The notes beneath the pieces are model-generated. The model did not search any database, had not been told where the DNA came from, and worked only from the letters and a program-made list of their open reading frames with translations. From positions 62,001 to 126,000 of IMG/VR virus record IMGVR_UViG_3300035181_000357: DNA of 64,000 nt. One strand, 5' to 3'. A program made the translations under genes and the position numbers. Below, one piece after another: positions 20,016-30,284 of the stretch (positions are counted from its first letter, which is position 1; every line of letters begins with the position of its first letter).

Positions 20016-21605
20016 TTATCTCAATTCTTTCCAACTTAGAGAGCCACTATTTACAACTGGGCTACCATCTATTTTACTAGCCACTATAATCCAGGGGTAA
20101 GAGGGAGTTCCGTCAGCATTAGTAATAATTCCTTCGTCATTGTTATTAAAGAAATTACGAAGGTTAAAGGAATGAGCACCAGCGTCAGCAAAATGAGAAA
20201 AATACAGCCATGAATCTGCGTCTGGTATGGCAGCAGTAGCAGCAGTGTCTATCTCCATAGCGGTATTATTGGCAATAGTAGAAGCCCAAGTATCCCCCAC
20301 TAGAGTAGTAGGCCAATAAAAATCCAACCTAACAGTCCCACCAGAGACATAGCAATTATATTCTTCTGGGTAGGAGTTCACTGGATTACGCCTCCCTCCA
20401 TACAAAGTCTTAGCTCTAATTGAAATTAGAGGCATGTTGTCACCAGTTATGACTTTTGAAGGATGTAAAGCCGAATTTCTGTAGTAGGTGTAGTCAATTA
20501 GACCATCACATTTAACTACTAAACAAGTTAAACGAAGTTGAGTGATAGTTCCAGTAGCAGCAGTATTGAAGTTTTCTGCACGAACTGGTAACGAACCTGA
20601 CTTCATATAGGGGTAGGTATTTTTTCCAGAATTTTGGAATTCGTGGATCACAACACGAGAACCATCGGGACCAATGATACCCAAACGAACTTTACCAGCC
20701 CCTAGCCACTGTAAGTCAATAAAGTAGACTATGGCTTTGTTCCAGGTGATGTTAACACCCGAGAGTCCGGTGCCATCAAGTTTATCAACATTCCAATCTG
20801 CTTGAGGCACTCTTTGAGTGGTGCCTAGGGTTGAGCTTCGCAGACACACATAGACCATTGTGTCTTTCATTTCAAAATAGATACCATCGTTTTCATCAAA
20901 GAAGCCTATGCGTCTGGTGTTACCTACAACTCCAGTATCACTTAAAGCAGCCGACATAATAATAGTGGTTCCATTTCCAGGCCAATAGTAATGACATTTA
21001 TTAGAGGTTCTAATTACAGAATCCCCACTGGCGGCAGAGCATGTCATGTCTACCGTGGAGGTTACCGGATTATATTCTTCAGTGGCTGATCCTGTAATCA
21101 CAGTAGAAAATAGATCAAAACCACCATCTGAGGAGAATTCGTATACTCCAATAGTGCTTGGGTCAGAAACTTTTTGACCACCAAAGGCATCGAATAAGGG
21201 AGAACCCTCGGAGAACCTAACGCTGGCAGCACCTTTGACATCCACATGCTGACCGTAAAGGGGGTTATTATCTCCCATGATTTGAGTTCTGGATACATAT
21301 AAAGGTGTCCCGGTGCCAATAACTGTAGCAGTTCCAGGAGGAGTAATACCAACGAAAGTAAGAGTTTCAACATTAACTACAGCCTCTGGTGCTTCATGAT
21401 AAATTTTAACATATACGGCCCCAGATACAGCATCAACTGGGACGACCTTTACTACTTCTCCCAACAGACCTGAAACACTGCCAGTTACAACATCACCTAA
21501 CTGAATATCTCCTGTTAAGTTATTATAGTCGATGTCTAAATAGCAACCAGCAGCGAGCATCTTGCCAGTGCCATCAGGTGGTATTCTAATATGAGATTGT
21601 GACAT
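20016..21605 (-). CDS. Beta-rich structural protein (lectin-like fibre/appendage component)
   Basis: 529 aa, DLQWLGAGKVRLG-type motif, beta-rich; context. Confidence 0.5.
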   Translation of the reverse strand: MSQSHIRIPPDGTGKMLAAGCYLDIDYNNLTGDIQLGDVVTGSVSGLLGEVVKVVPVDAVSGAVYVKIYHEAPEAVVNVETLTFVGITPPGTATVIGTGTPLYVSRTQIMGDNNPLYGQHVDVKGAASVRFSEGSPLFDAFGGQKVSDPSTIGVYEFSSDGGFDLFSTVITGSATEEYNPVTSTVDMTCSAASGDSVIRTSNKCHYYWPGNGTTIIMSAALSDTGVVGNTRRIGFFDENDGIYFEMKDTMVYVCLRSSTLGTTQRVPQADWNVDKLDGTGLSGVNITWNKAIVYFIDLQWLGAGKVRLGIIGPDGSRVVIHEFQNSGKNTYPYMKSGSLPVRAENFNTAATGTITQLRLTCLVVKCDGLIDYTYYRNSALHPSKVITGDNMPLISIRAKTLYGGRRNPVNSYPEEYNCYVSGGTVRLDFYWPTTLVGDTWASTIANNTAMEIDTAATAAIPDADSWLYFSHFADAGAHSFNLRNFFNNNDEGIITNADGTPSYPWIIVASKIDGSPVVNSGSLSWKELR

Positions 21606-21616
21606 TCCTTATCCTC

Positions 21617-21943
21617 TTAAATTTCTTGTTTAGTAAATGCTGTTGGTTCGTGAATAAATATCCCCTTGGCCTGGGCCTGGGGGTCATAATATCCATCCCA
21701 CTGTTCTCGTAGGATAGGTCTAACTATATCCACACTACTAATATCCCAGTCAAAAGTCATATGTTCAAGGTTGTAGAAATTTGGAACACTTGGTTGGATT
21801 AATTCCCATAGAGACTTGGCCAAGACCTCATCATCATCGTTCTCAAACGCAAATCCACCACGAAGTCTGAGTAGGAGACCACGTACTTTATTTCTGTTTA
21901 ATTGCCCAGTTGCAAGGGCTTGCATCGCGAGGTCATTACTCAC
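21617..21943 (-). CDS. Hypothetical protein
   Basis: AGGAG RBS with GTG start. Confidence 0.6.
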   Translation of the reverse strand: MSNDLAMQALATGQLNRNKVRGLLLRLRGGFAFENDDDEVLAKSLWELIQPSVPNFYNLEHMTFDWDISSVDIVRPILREQWDGYYDPQAQAKGIFIHEPTAFTKQEI

Positions 21944-21986
21944 TTTAATTCTCCTACACTCACTAAAGATCTTAGAAGTCTATAAA

Positions 21987-22014
21987 TAAAAGGGTGGGGA
22001 CGATACCCCACCCT
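21987..22014 (-). terminator. Terminator after 822-aa fibre-like gene
   Basis: AGGGTGGGG-loop-CCCCACCCT then TTTT on minus strand. Confidence 0.85.
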
Positions 22015-22033
22015 CTATGATACTCGTTATTCT

Positions 22034-24502
22034 TTAGATAATCTTATAAGTACGTTCTAGAGCGGACACGAGTGAGAAGTTAATACCCTTTGCTCTTGTA
22101 ATCGTACCAGTGGAAATAACATACTGTGCAGTGGTAGTACCAATTGCCACAATAGTGACAGCTGCGGTTGTACCAGGAGTACGTCCACCCTGAACATTAC
22201 CATCGTAGTCGAAAGTGAATGACACAGAAGAACCACTAGGTGACTGAGGTACAGAACCTGTGATATCTGCGGTAGAACCATCTTTGACGATGATAGCAAG
22301 AGGAGTTCCAAAGTCTTGACCACCAGTTGTGGTAGTGAAGAACATGGTGTACTTAGCAGAAGTATCGGTAGACAAGTTGGAGTTGAAGTTGATAGTACCT
22401 GCTGCTACATATGGGTATGAGCGAGATCCACCAGATGCATCCTTGAACACAGTGTTATTGATATCATTGGAGTTCAAGTTATCGATGTGGAGATTGTTGG
22501 TCAAGCCGTTAGGAGCGGTGTATGACATGAGCAAGTCGGTAATGTCACCACGAGAGGTTCCAACACCCCAATCAATATCTCCAGTCTGACGAAGCTGGTG
22601 CTGAATGAATTGGTAGCAGTCAGCGGCTAAAGCACCGTTACCAGTGAGCTTCCAGTTGAAGGAGTATACCACACTGTTAATGGTTCTCTTGAAACCAGCG
22701 TTAGCCGTAAAGGAGGTTCCTGCAATAGCTGTCGGGCCTTCGTTTACGATTGTGTCAGTAGCGATGAAGGTGAGAGTTGTAGTCCCAACAGTAGCAACAG
22801 TGAACGAACCGTTGTTTGAGGCCGTTCCGGTAATAGTAAATACATCACCAATTGCAACGCCATCACCAGAGAACGAACCGGACTGACGAGTTAAGGTCTT
22901 GCTTGCTCCGGTGAATTGGTAAGTGGTTCCAAAAGAGGAGAGGGTTCTAGCAGTCTTCATATACTGAAGATACATTCCAGGCTTAACTACAGAGAATGAC
23001 ACAGAAGATTGAGTAGTGAATTGAAGATCAGTGGTATTTAGTGTTAAGACAGTTGCAGATGTCACAGAATTAACAGTATACACGCCAGTGAATGCACCAG
23101 ATGTAATAAGTACCAGATCGTTAGGAGCAACACCAGCAGTAGTGAAGTTAGAAGAAGCAGAAGTTAGAGTACCTGCAACACCAGTTGTATTGGCCAGAGC
23201 ACCATCAGCTGCAGTTCTTGTAGTTCCAGTTAGGAAATAATATGGAGTGGTTACAGTGAATGTAACGCCAGATGCAGTACCGAAAGTGGTGAATTCAAAG
23301 TTACTAGCTAAAGTTATCTGAGTAGCAGAATCCACGGTGAGGATGGTGTAGGTTCCTACAGTACCACCAGCGGTGATCTGAAGACTATCCCCAGGAGCAC
23401 AACCAGCAGCAACGAATGCACCAGTAGCAGAAGTGAACTGAGCAGTACCATTGACCTGAACACCATCTGTCTTCTGAGTTACAATAGTCCTAACACCACG
23501 GAAGGTACTGGTACCCAAAATCTGACCATCTGTAGCAGTAATAGCGGTATCCGTTGCGTGGGCAAGAGGGAATCGATATGCCTGATAGGTCATCGTGCTG
23601 ACACCGATGTCCCCAATGGTTGACTGTGCGTACGATCTGCCTTTCTTACGAGCGAAGAGCTTTAAGTAGGTTCTGTAATCTGTTGGATTGTTGTAGGTTT
23701 GAATTGGTTCATTCACAACACCCTTGAAGGTCAAGTTAGCAGGAGTTGTGGTAGCAGAAGTCTGCTGGAAATAAACCTGAGTATCCGTATCAAGATAACC
23801 CAAGGTGATAATACCAGACCATTCCTTATTCGTAGTACCGTTTAGAATCTTTTCAGACCAACCAGCGGTACGAATCTTACGTCTTGTGTAGTTATCTTTA
23901 TATGCCCAAGCATCGTGGGATGCACCACCACCTATTTCGAACTGCTCAGGAGTGATAGGTTCATATGGGAATACGTGGCGGATAGTGTTGTCAGAATATC
24001 CAGTAACACCATTCATGGTATCAGCTAGCCACTGACCCTTTGAATAAGAATACAGACACTGCTCGGTCAAGCCATCACGGATAACACCAGTTGCAAGACC
24101 TGACCCAGACTGGTCAGCTGTGTTCGAACCATCCTTGTGTACTTCGTATACTACGACAGCTGTTTCTCCCACGAAGCCAGTGAAGTCAATCCAAGTAGCA
24201 TCTGAATTTGTCTTAAGGGTCAGAACGGTAGCAGCGACAGTCTTAACTACATAGTGTCCAGCATCGTTACCAGACTTGATGACTAAGATGTCACCGACAG
24301 CCACAGGAGTCGTAGTGAACGCCCCAGTGGTATCTGTAAATGTAATACCTGCCGCAGTCGTGGCGTTGCCAGCTGCTGTCGCCTTGTTGGCACCTGGAGA
24401 AGCCACGAGAGCTCCGACAGGATAGGTAGATACCTTCTCTTGTTTAAGGTTGTATACTACTTGATTTCTGTCAAGTAGGGAAATATCGGTAATTACAGCC
24501 AT
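22034..24502 (-). CDS. Large Thr/Gly-rich virion fibre/appendage protein with repeated beta modules
   Basis: About four copies of F...(G/N)D.L.I.(S/A/G)G...G.(Y/F).V..V...T.LT(L/F); highly expressed codon bias. Confidence 0.6.
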   Translation of the reverse strand: MAVITDISLLDRNQVVYNLKQEKVSTYPVGALVASPGANKATAAGNATTAAGITFTDTTGAFTTTPVAVGDILVIKSGNDAGHYVVKTVAATVLTLKTNSDATWIDFTGFVGETAVVVYEVHKDGSNTADQSGSGLATGVIRDGLTEQCLYSYSKGQWLADTMNGVTGYSDNTIRHVFPYEPITPEQFEIGGGASHDAWAYKDNYTRRKIRTAGWSEKILNGTTNKEWSGIITLGYLDTDTQVYFQQTSATTTPANLTFKGVVNEPIQTYNNPTDYRTYLKLFARKKGRSYAQSTIGDIGVSTMTYQAYRFPLAHATDTAITATDGQILGTSTFRGVRTIVTQKTDGVQVNGTAQFTSATGAFVAAGCAPGDSLQITAGGTVGTYTILTVDSATQITLASNFEFTTFGTASGVTFTVTTPYYFLTGTTRTAADGALANTTGVAGTLTSASSNFTTAGVAPNDLVLITSGAFTGVYTVNSVTSATVLTLNTTDLQFTTQSSVSFSVVKPGMYLQYMKTARTLSSFGTTYQFTGASKTLTRQSGSFSGDGVAIGDVFTITGTASNNGSFTVATVGTTTLTFIATDTIVNEGPTAIAGTSFTANAGFKRTINSVVYSFNWKLTGNGALAADCYQFIQHQLRQTGDIDWGVGTSRGDITDLLMSYTAPNGLTNNLHIDNLNSNDINNTVFKDASGGSRSYPYVAAGTINFNSNLSTDTSAKYTMFFTTTTGGQDFGTPLAIIVKDGSTADITGSVPQSPSGSSVSFTFDYDGNVQGGRTPGTTAAVTIVAIGTTTAQYVISTGTITRAKGINFSLVSALERTYKII

Positions 24503-24541
24503 GGATTATCCCTCGTTCAGTAAGTTAATAAAAGTCTGTTT

Positions 24542-26281
24542 TTAAATTGCTTTATAGACTCGGTCTGTATTGAATGCAACGGGGAACGATTGTGTAGCAT
24601 TATATAGTTTCAGCCCAGATAAGTAAACGACACCCCAAGATTGATGAATGATATTTATACTGACATTCTTATCCGTCCCGGGATAATCGAAGCTATATAC
24701 CCACGACGTTCCTGTATTAGTGTCCTCAGACAAGATGACATTTGCATTATCATTATCTAACAGAGCGAGGTGGCACCCAGTAGGTAATCCAGTCAATGTG
24801 ATAGATGGTGTGAAAGTATTTTCAACGCTAAATCTTATGTTGAAATCTAGTCCAGACCATCCACTAACACCTACACTATTTACCGTAGCACCTGCAGCGG
24901 TCTCAGCACCAGAGCACAACGCTATACCCTCTCCTTCTCGGAGTACAAGCGGAGCATACTGGCCTTTAATAATAGATAAGTTGTGAGACAACTGAGAAGC
25001 TAGTGTTCCTGGTGTACTATACCCCCAGAAAGCAGTATCTTGTCTCTTAAATGCAGAAGCCTCAGGGAACATAGCCATATACATAGGACCGATAAAGTCC
25101 TTGGTATTTAAGTATGATAGACCAGGAGGAATAGTCGTTGCACCAGGTGATGAGGCTGCAATATAGCTGACAGGAACTCCCTGAGGTAATATTGGGGTAT
25201 TTGTGAATACACTACATACCGCATTAGTTAATGTTGCAGAAGTTGAGTCGTTTGCAAACACCTGAGCAGTTATATTTCTATTTGTGTCATTATACGTAGA
25301 AGCATCCACTGATGCAATAGGTACAACCTGGAGATAAGCAGTATCATATGTTCCGACCTCTGAAACATCAACATTCTCTATATGGATTACCTGCCCAGAT
25401 CCTGTTGGATTATTGATAGCAAACACAGCATTTCTCTCACCAGTGAGATATGTGTAGAATTCCATCTTATACGTTCTATTTGGTGTCCCTTCTACGATCA
25501 GATCTACTGACACGAACATTGGGAAAGAATCATGGATAAAGTCTACGAATACAGCTACCTGTTCGTTAGCTCTAACGACTATGGACTGACATGCTGTATG
25601 GACAGAAGAATCAAATATTGAACCTGTTGCTGAGTCCTTACCTCTTAGATATCCATAATTTACTGCTGGATATGACTGTGACGTACTAGTCAGCAGCGTC
25701 TTTGTGACACTAGATACAGCGAAACATTTAATAGTAGATAGTACTCCAGTAGATGCACCCGAAGTGGGTAGAGGCTTTGTCAAAGTAAATGTAGTAGCTG
25801 CATTAGAAGCTATCTCCCAGATTCCTACATTTCCTGTTATACCTCTAAAATATCTTTGAGCATCTCTATGTTCATTGGTTGTCCATGCTGGCGTCTGAGC
25901 TGCTACTGTGTATGGACCTGCGGATGCCGCTGTTGCAGTATAAGACAGAATAGCTCCGACGTCAACAAACACGGGTGTGAAACTAGAATCAGTTGATAGG
26001 ATAACTGTTGCTGGCCATGTTGCTTGGGAATCACAGGGTACAGGAGTCAATACCTGACCACCACCAAGGCCCGTAACAGGACCGATCCTGAAACGAGTAG
26101 GTGGTTTGAGATTGGTGTTTGCAGTCTGTGTATAACCAAATCTGGTATTATTCTGTACCTCTATGGAATGAATATTTATCTTCTTTCCACTACCTGTTTT
26201 ATTTGCGATAGCTAGAATAGCGTTCCCACTACTGGCCCAGCCAGCAGCTTTAGTACAGAGATGATAGTATTGTTTAGCCAT
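24542..26281 (-). CDS. Structural protein carrying two copies of the tandem-paralog domain
   Basis: AIANKTGSGKKINI/AINNPTGSGQVIHI and SIVVRANEQ/PLVLREGEG match the five adjacent small genes. Confidence 0.6.
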   Translation of the reverse strand: MAKQYYHLCTKAAGWASSGNAILAIANKTGSGKKINIHSIEVQNNTRFGYTQTANTNLKPPTRFRIGPVTGLGGGQVLTPVPCDSQATWPATVILSTDSSFTPVFVDVGAILSYTATAASAGPYTVAAQTPAWTTNEHRDAQRYFRGITGNVGIWEIASNAATTFTLTKPLPTSGASTGVLSTIKCFAVSSVTKTLLTSTSQSYPAVNYGYLRGKDSATGSIFDSSVHTACQSIVVRANEQVAVFVDFIHDSFPMFVSVDLIVEGTPNRTYKMEFYTYLTGERNAVFAINNPTGSGQVIHIENVDVSEVGTYDTAYLQVVPIASVDASTYNDTNRNITAQVFANDSTSATLTNAVCSVFTNTPILPQGVPVSYIAASSPGATTIPPGLSYLNTKDFIGPMYMAMFPEASAFKRQDTAFWGYSTPGTLASQLSHNLSIIKGQYAPLVLREGEGIALCSGAETAAGATVNSVGVSGWSGLDFNIRFSVENTFTPSITLTGLPTGCHLALLDNDNANVILSEDTNTGTSWVYSFDYPGTDKNVSINIIHQSWGVVYLSGLKLYNATQSFPVAFNTDRVYKAI

Positions 26282-26284
26282 AGA

Positions 26285-26821
26285 TTACGCCAGACTTGAC
26301 CAGAATTCACAGTAGACATCTACAGTACCGACACCAGATGATACACCAGCAGCAGTAACAGCCAGACCTTCATTTGTATTCAAGACAATTGGTTCAATGT
26401 TTGTATCTCCATATCCAGAGTCCCATAGGATACTAAATTGGGGCATAGCCAGGAGGTTCTCAACCTTAGAAGCCGAGTTGATCATCTCATCTCCAGACCA
26501 TATAATCTGTCTGAATGTATCTACGAGAGTCACAGATGTTGAAGTAGCAGTAGCACAAGTGACACTTAAAGCATTAGTAAGGGCTAGTGTATCATGTTGA
26601 ATAGGGACAATGGCAGTACCAGAAGCCTGGTCAGTTGTGAATCTTCCAAGGGATACTGTCTGGAATACTCCAGTTACAACTGCCACACCCGTATTCTGTA
26701 ACCACACTCTGGTCACATTCAATTTCATAGTGGCATGTGTATTGTATATTTTAAATAACGTTTTAGCTGCAGCTGATGTTGGCATTGCAACAGCAGAGGC
26801 AACAGCAGTAAATGTTCTCAT
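26285..26821 (-). CDS. Tandem paralog 5 (beta-sandwich-like structural subunit)
   Basis: RVWLQN, PIQHD, WSGDE, WDSGYGDTNIEPIVL..NEG. Confidence 0.65.
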   Translation of the reverse strand: MRTFTAVASAVAMPTSAAAKTLFKIYNTHATMKLNVTRVWLQNTGVAVVTGVFQTVSLGRFTTDQASGTAIVPIQHDTLALTNALSVTCATATSTSVTLVDTFRQIIWSGDEMINSASKVENLLAMPQFSILWDSGYGDTNIEPIVLNTNEGLAVTAAGVSSGVGTVDVYCEFWSSLA

Positions 26822-26830
26822 TCTATCTCC

Positions 26831-27385
26831 TTAGGTTGCGGTAATGGTGCATTCAACGACAATATCAACGGTACTGGCACCAAAAACTCCAGCATTTAGA
26901 GAATAGATTCGTATACCTTCTCCAGCCGTTCTGAGGACGATAGGTTCTATTGTAGTGTCACCATATCCTGAGTCCCATATGTAGTTCAAAGCAGGTAAAG
27001 TCTGCAATTCATCAACAGTCAGGGATGCAGATGTTGGTTCATCGTTTGATCTAGTCCAAGTCTTCAGCACACCTAAGGAATTAACACCTGTTAACGTAAT
27101 AGCGACATTCCCGTTTAGACATGTGATACCAGATGGAACTGCAGCAGATGCCGTATTATGTTTGATAGCTGCTGTCGTAGTACCACCTGCTGGAGCTGAT
27201 CCTCCTATACGTTCTAGAACGTAGGTTCCAAAGCCACCTGTAACAGAAGCCGTACTGGAACTAGTCATCCAAATTCTATATATACGAACGACGTTAGCCG
27301 ATGCAAGATTATTCAGAGTGAACATAGTTTTGTTGATTGCTTGGACACAAGCTGGAGCTCGATAACAATAAGTTGCGTTAGCCAT
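26831..27385 (-). CDS. Tandem paralog 4
   Basis: IYRIW, GGT..KHN, SNDEP, WDSGYGDTTIEPIVLR. Confidence 0.65.
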   Translation of the reverse strand: MANATYCYRAPACVQAINKTMFTLNNLASANVVRIYRIWMTSSSTASVTGGFGTYVLERIGGSAPAGGTTTAAIKHNTASAAVPSGITCLNGNVAITLTGVNSLGVLKTWTRSNDEPTSASLTVDELQTLPALNYIWDSGYGDTTIEPIVLRTAGEGIRIYSLNAGVFGASTVDIVVECTITAT

Positions 27386-27387
27386 AT

Positions 27388-27963
27388 TTACACCATCTCA
27401 AATTCTATAAAGAAGTCAGCAGATCCAACAGGAGCTGTTAAAACAGGTGATGCTACTTGGGTCCAGGCAGAATCACATATTATCCCCATACCATAGCCTT
27501 CTCTTAATATATAGGGTTCTACAGTAGTGTTTGTATAAGACCAGGAGTTATTTATGCACATATTTAGGGCAGGGACCGTCTCCCATTCATCTATACCAGA
27601 AGATCCTAAAGTTGCGTTACCTTCTGAGGCGATCGGTTCATCAGAAGACCATAAAAATTGTTTAAATAGACGATCTTTTGTATAGTTAAGACCCTGGCTA
27701 CATACTAAGGCAGCAGGGGTATTTGGGCTAATAGAATCGTGCTTCAATGCAGGAACTGCCAAGCCTCCAGATCCTGTTGAGAATCTCCAGATACTCATTC
27801 TATTTAAGAGATTCAAAGACTGAGCTACCGTCTGATTATTCAGGATCCAAGCTCTGTACACTTTTATAGTAACACCAGACCCAACACCATTATAGAGACC
27901 GAGCATACATTTGTCTTGTACGAAGGCGACACCATTGGCAGCAATAGTATAGTAGTTAGCCAT
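27388..27963 (-). CDS. Tandem paralog 3
   Basis: VYRAW, KHDS, WSSDEP, EPYILREGYG. Confidence 0.65.
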   Translation of the reverse strand: MANYYTIAANGVAFVQDKCMLGLYNGVGSGVTIKVYRAWILNNQTVAQSLNLLNRMSIWRFSTGSGGLAVPALKHDSISPNTPAALVCSQGLNYTKDRLFKQFLWSSDEPIASEGNATLGSSGIDEWETVPALNMCINNSWSYTNTTVEPYILREGYGMGIICDSAWTQVASPVLTAPVGSADFFIEFEMV

Positions 27964-28508
27964 TAAGTCACCGTGAATTCACAGAAGATATCGACCATAC
28001 CAGCATTAGCAGGGGCAGTGGCTGTTAAACCAACATTCTGAACTATCATACAAACAGTTTGTCTCAACACCAAGGGTTCAACATTCATGTCATTATATGA
28101 GGTATCCCAAAGAACGTTCCAAGCTCCTGGGAGTTGAAGAACAGCGGGTAATGCTGTCTGGACAGCTGGTTGGTTGTTTGTCCATACTCGTCTTCTGAGA
28201 ATAACAGCTGTACCTGAAGTAATCGTTTCTTTAGAAGCACAGATTATACCGGAAGGGAAAGCTGCATTAGTCGAGTCCATACTGACTGGAGTCCACAGCA
28301 TGCTGTTAGATACGTATGTTGGGGCCACGTTACGAGTTAATGTCAGGATATTCTGAGAAGCTGTTGTTGGTGTTACTTCATTATTCTGAATCCAGATACG
28401 GTAAATACTTACAATAGATGTAGCGTTATTATTGTATATTGAAAACAAGCTCTCGTTAGCAAGAGCCAGAGGAACTCCAGTTGCTTGTACCTGCCAAGTA
28501 GCTGCCAT
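27963..28508 (-). CDS. Tandem paralog 2 (start revised to ATG 28508)
   Basis: MAATW start in TAATG overlap; IYRIW, WDTSY..MNVEPLVLR. Confidence 0.65.
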   Translation of the reverse strand: MAATWQVQATGVPLALANESLFSIYNNNATSIVSIYRIWIQNNEVTPTTASQNILTLTRNVAPTYVSNSMLWTPVSMDSTNAAFPSGIICASKETITSGTAVILRRRVWTNNQPAVQTALPAVLQLPGAWNVLWDTSYNDMNVEPLVLRQTVCMIVQNVGLTATAPANAGMVDIFCEFTVT

Positions 28509-29044
28509 TAGATTATTGTACACTCCAGAAATAGATCAGCTTGTCCAATAGAACCACCTGTGTTGATAACTCCTAGACCCTCACCTGGACGGAGTACAAT
28601 AGGTTCGGTATTTGGATCGGCATAACCTAGGGAAAAGATCTGTCCGAATGGTAGGAATATTTCAAATTCATCCAAGGTCGCAGCTGTAGTACCAGAGGCG
28701 TTGGATGGTTCATCTGTTGACCAGATAACCCTCTTATACAAGGAGGTTGCTGTGAAGCTCATATTCGTACCACTGATGACACCAGAGGCTGCAATACCAG
28801 TACGAGCGGTTGAAGCTGAATCATGTGCTACAGGTGTAATAGTAGTACCACCAGAAGCAGCAGTCAACTTTCTAATCTCAAGATTCGTGAGTACCCCAGT
28901 AACAGTTACCAATTGATTATTTAGGCACCAGATTCTATATACTCGGATAACCAACCCAGAAGCTGCTTCATTGAATATGCCTACCATACACTTGTTGGCT
29001 GCAAATGCGATATTCTGAGCTGGAATTGTGTACGTTGCTGCCAT
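28508..29044 (-). CDS. Tandem paralog 1
   Basis: MAATY, VYRIW, GGT..PVAHDS, WSTDEP, EPIVLRPGEG. Confidence 0.65.
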   Translation of the reverse strand: MAATYTIPAQNIAFAANKCMVGIFNEAASGLVIRVYRIWCLNNQLVTVTGVLTNLEIRKLTAASGGTTITPVAHDSASTARTGIAASGVISGTNMSFTATSLYKRVIWSTDEPSNASGTTAATLDEFEIFLPFGQIFSLGYADPNTEPIVLRPGEGLGVINTGGSIGQADLFLECTII

Positions 29045-29074
29045 TAAAAGCCTCTAATGAAATGTCTAAAAGTC

Positions 29075-29416
29075 TTAAAAATAAGTTAGATTTAGGTGGT
29101 TGTCCCAGGTTTTATCGAAGATTCCATTCCCAGCAGCCCACTCTATGATTGCGTCGCCATCAGTTGCCATCGTTATTCTCTTGATACGCCAGCTAGCGAC
29201 ATTTGAAGCAGTTCCTGCAAGAGCCTCACCAATATAGATCAGAGTGTCTCCAACCATATCTACTCTCTTTGAGAAGGATTGTGGAGGAGCTCCACCACCA
29301 AAGTCAACGATGGGTAAGCCTGAAGCTGGATCTACCACTGAGATGGCTAAGAAAGCCTCTTCTCCAGCCTGAATCGTCTTTATAGGCCTTCCATGTGCAT
29401 CAACTAATGTAGCCAT
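29075..29416 (-). CDS. Small fibre-cluster protein (start revised to ATG 29416)
   Basis: GAGGA RBS before MATLVD; YIGEA..G.....WRIKRI motif. Confidence 0.6.
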   Translation of the reverse strand: MATLVDAHGRPIKTIQAGEEAFLAISVVDPASGLPIVDFGGGAPPQSFSKRVDMVGDTLIYIGEALAGTASNVASWRIKRITMATDGDAIIEWAAGNGIFDKTWDNHLNLTYF

Positions 29417-29456
29417 TACTTTCCTCAGTAACAAGGAAGAAAGTCTGAATGTCTAA

Positions 29457-29484
29457 TAAAATGGTCCGGATTTCTCCGGACCAT
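29457..29484 (-). terminator. Terminator separating early cluster from late structural genes
   Basis: ATGGTCCGGA-GAAA-TCCGGACCAT followed by TTT. Confidence 0.85.
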
Positions 29485-29506
29485 CTCCAGGTGTCTCCTG
29501 AACTTA

Positions 29507-29731
29507 TTAGCCTACGATCTCGTTGAAGAGGGTGTAGGTCTTGGTGCGAGCAGTGGTCTCAGCATAGCGAGTACCATCAAGCTTGCGGACGGTGCCCTTG
29601 CGAGCAGCTTCCATAGCAGCTACGACTACGTTGTAGCGAGCCTCAGGATTACGACGCTGGCGGCTGGGAATTGCAGAGACAGCCTTGGTAACGAAAGTTC
29701 TTAGATCGACGCTCTTACGCTTTGTGGACAT
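29507..29731 (-). CDS. Small basic protein (74 aa)
   Basis: AGGAGG RBS before ATG 29731 (MSTKRKSVD...); strong codon bias. Confidence 0.7.
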   Translation of the reverse strand: MSTKRKSVDLRTFVTKAVSAIPSRQRRNPEARYNVVVAAMEAARKGTVRKLDGTRYAETTARTKTYTLFNEIVG

Positions 29732-29802
29732 GAGTCCTCCTATAGGTTTGGTCCTCTTGGATGTCGGACCAGTTGTTGATACTCTTGGTTCCTTTAATAT
29801 AT

Positions 29803-29828
29803 AAATATGCCCTGCAAACAGGGCATAC
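29803..29828 (-). terminator. Probable terminator hairpin
   Basis: TATGCCCTG-4 nt-CAGGGCATA inverted repeat. Confidence 0.7.
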
Positions 29829-29846
29829 TTTTCTTGGTTAGCCGAA

Positions 29847-30284
29847 TTACTCAGCGACCAACCTGTAGGTCTTACCATCGAGTTCCACGGCTTCGCCAGC
29901 GAGTAGCTTGCGGCTGGTGACCGAGTTGATGGGGTTCTTTGAACGAGGCCCACGATCAGGCTTCTGGATCTCGATGCCGAGCTCGGTGCCAACCACAGCA
30001 TTGAGCTTCTCGATTGCACCGAGATACTTGTTGGTGTTCACGTAGCCCTGAATCTCTTCAAGATTGACCAGACGGCGAACGTGGAAGAAGTTGTTGAAGC
30101 CGAACTTGATGCATAGCTCGTCGAGGTCTTCACGAGAGGCATCGGGACCAATCGAAGCCAGAAGAGTGGTCTTGATTGCCTTCAAACGCTTCTTGATCTC
30201 GGTCATCTCAGGCTCGACCTTGAGCTTTACGACCTTCTCGGCCTTGATCTTTACAGCCTTCTCAGGCTTTACTTCAGTCGTCAT
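29847..30284 (-). CDS. Basic hypothetical protein, possible DNA-binding/early protein
   Basis: GAGGAG RBS; N-terminal K/E/V repeats; strong codon bias. Confidence 0.65.
   Translation of the reverse strand: MTTEVKPEKAVKIKAEKVVKLKVEPEMTEIKKRLKAIKTTLLASIGPDASREDLDELCIKFGFNNFFHVRRLVNLEEIQGYVNTNKYLGAIEKLNAVVGTELGIEIQKPDRGPRSKNPINSVTSRKLLAGEAVELDGKTYRLVAE

Noticed and set aside
24542-29044. Diversity-generating retroelement acting on the paralog array
   Set aside because: No reverse transcriptase and no near-identical template/variable repeat pair seen
29507-30019. 170-aa ORF as listed in the track
   Set aside because: Overlaps the 29847-30284 gene and a terminator; the RBS supports a start at 29731
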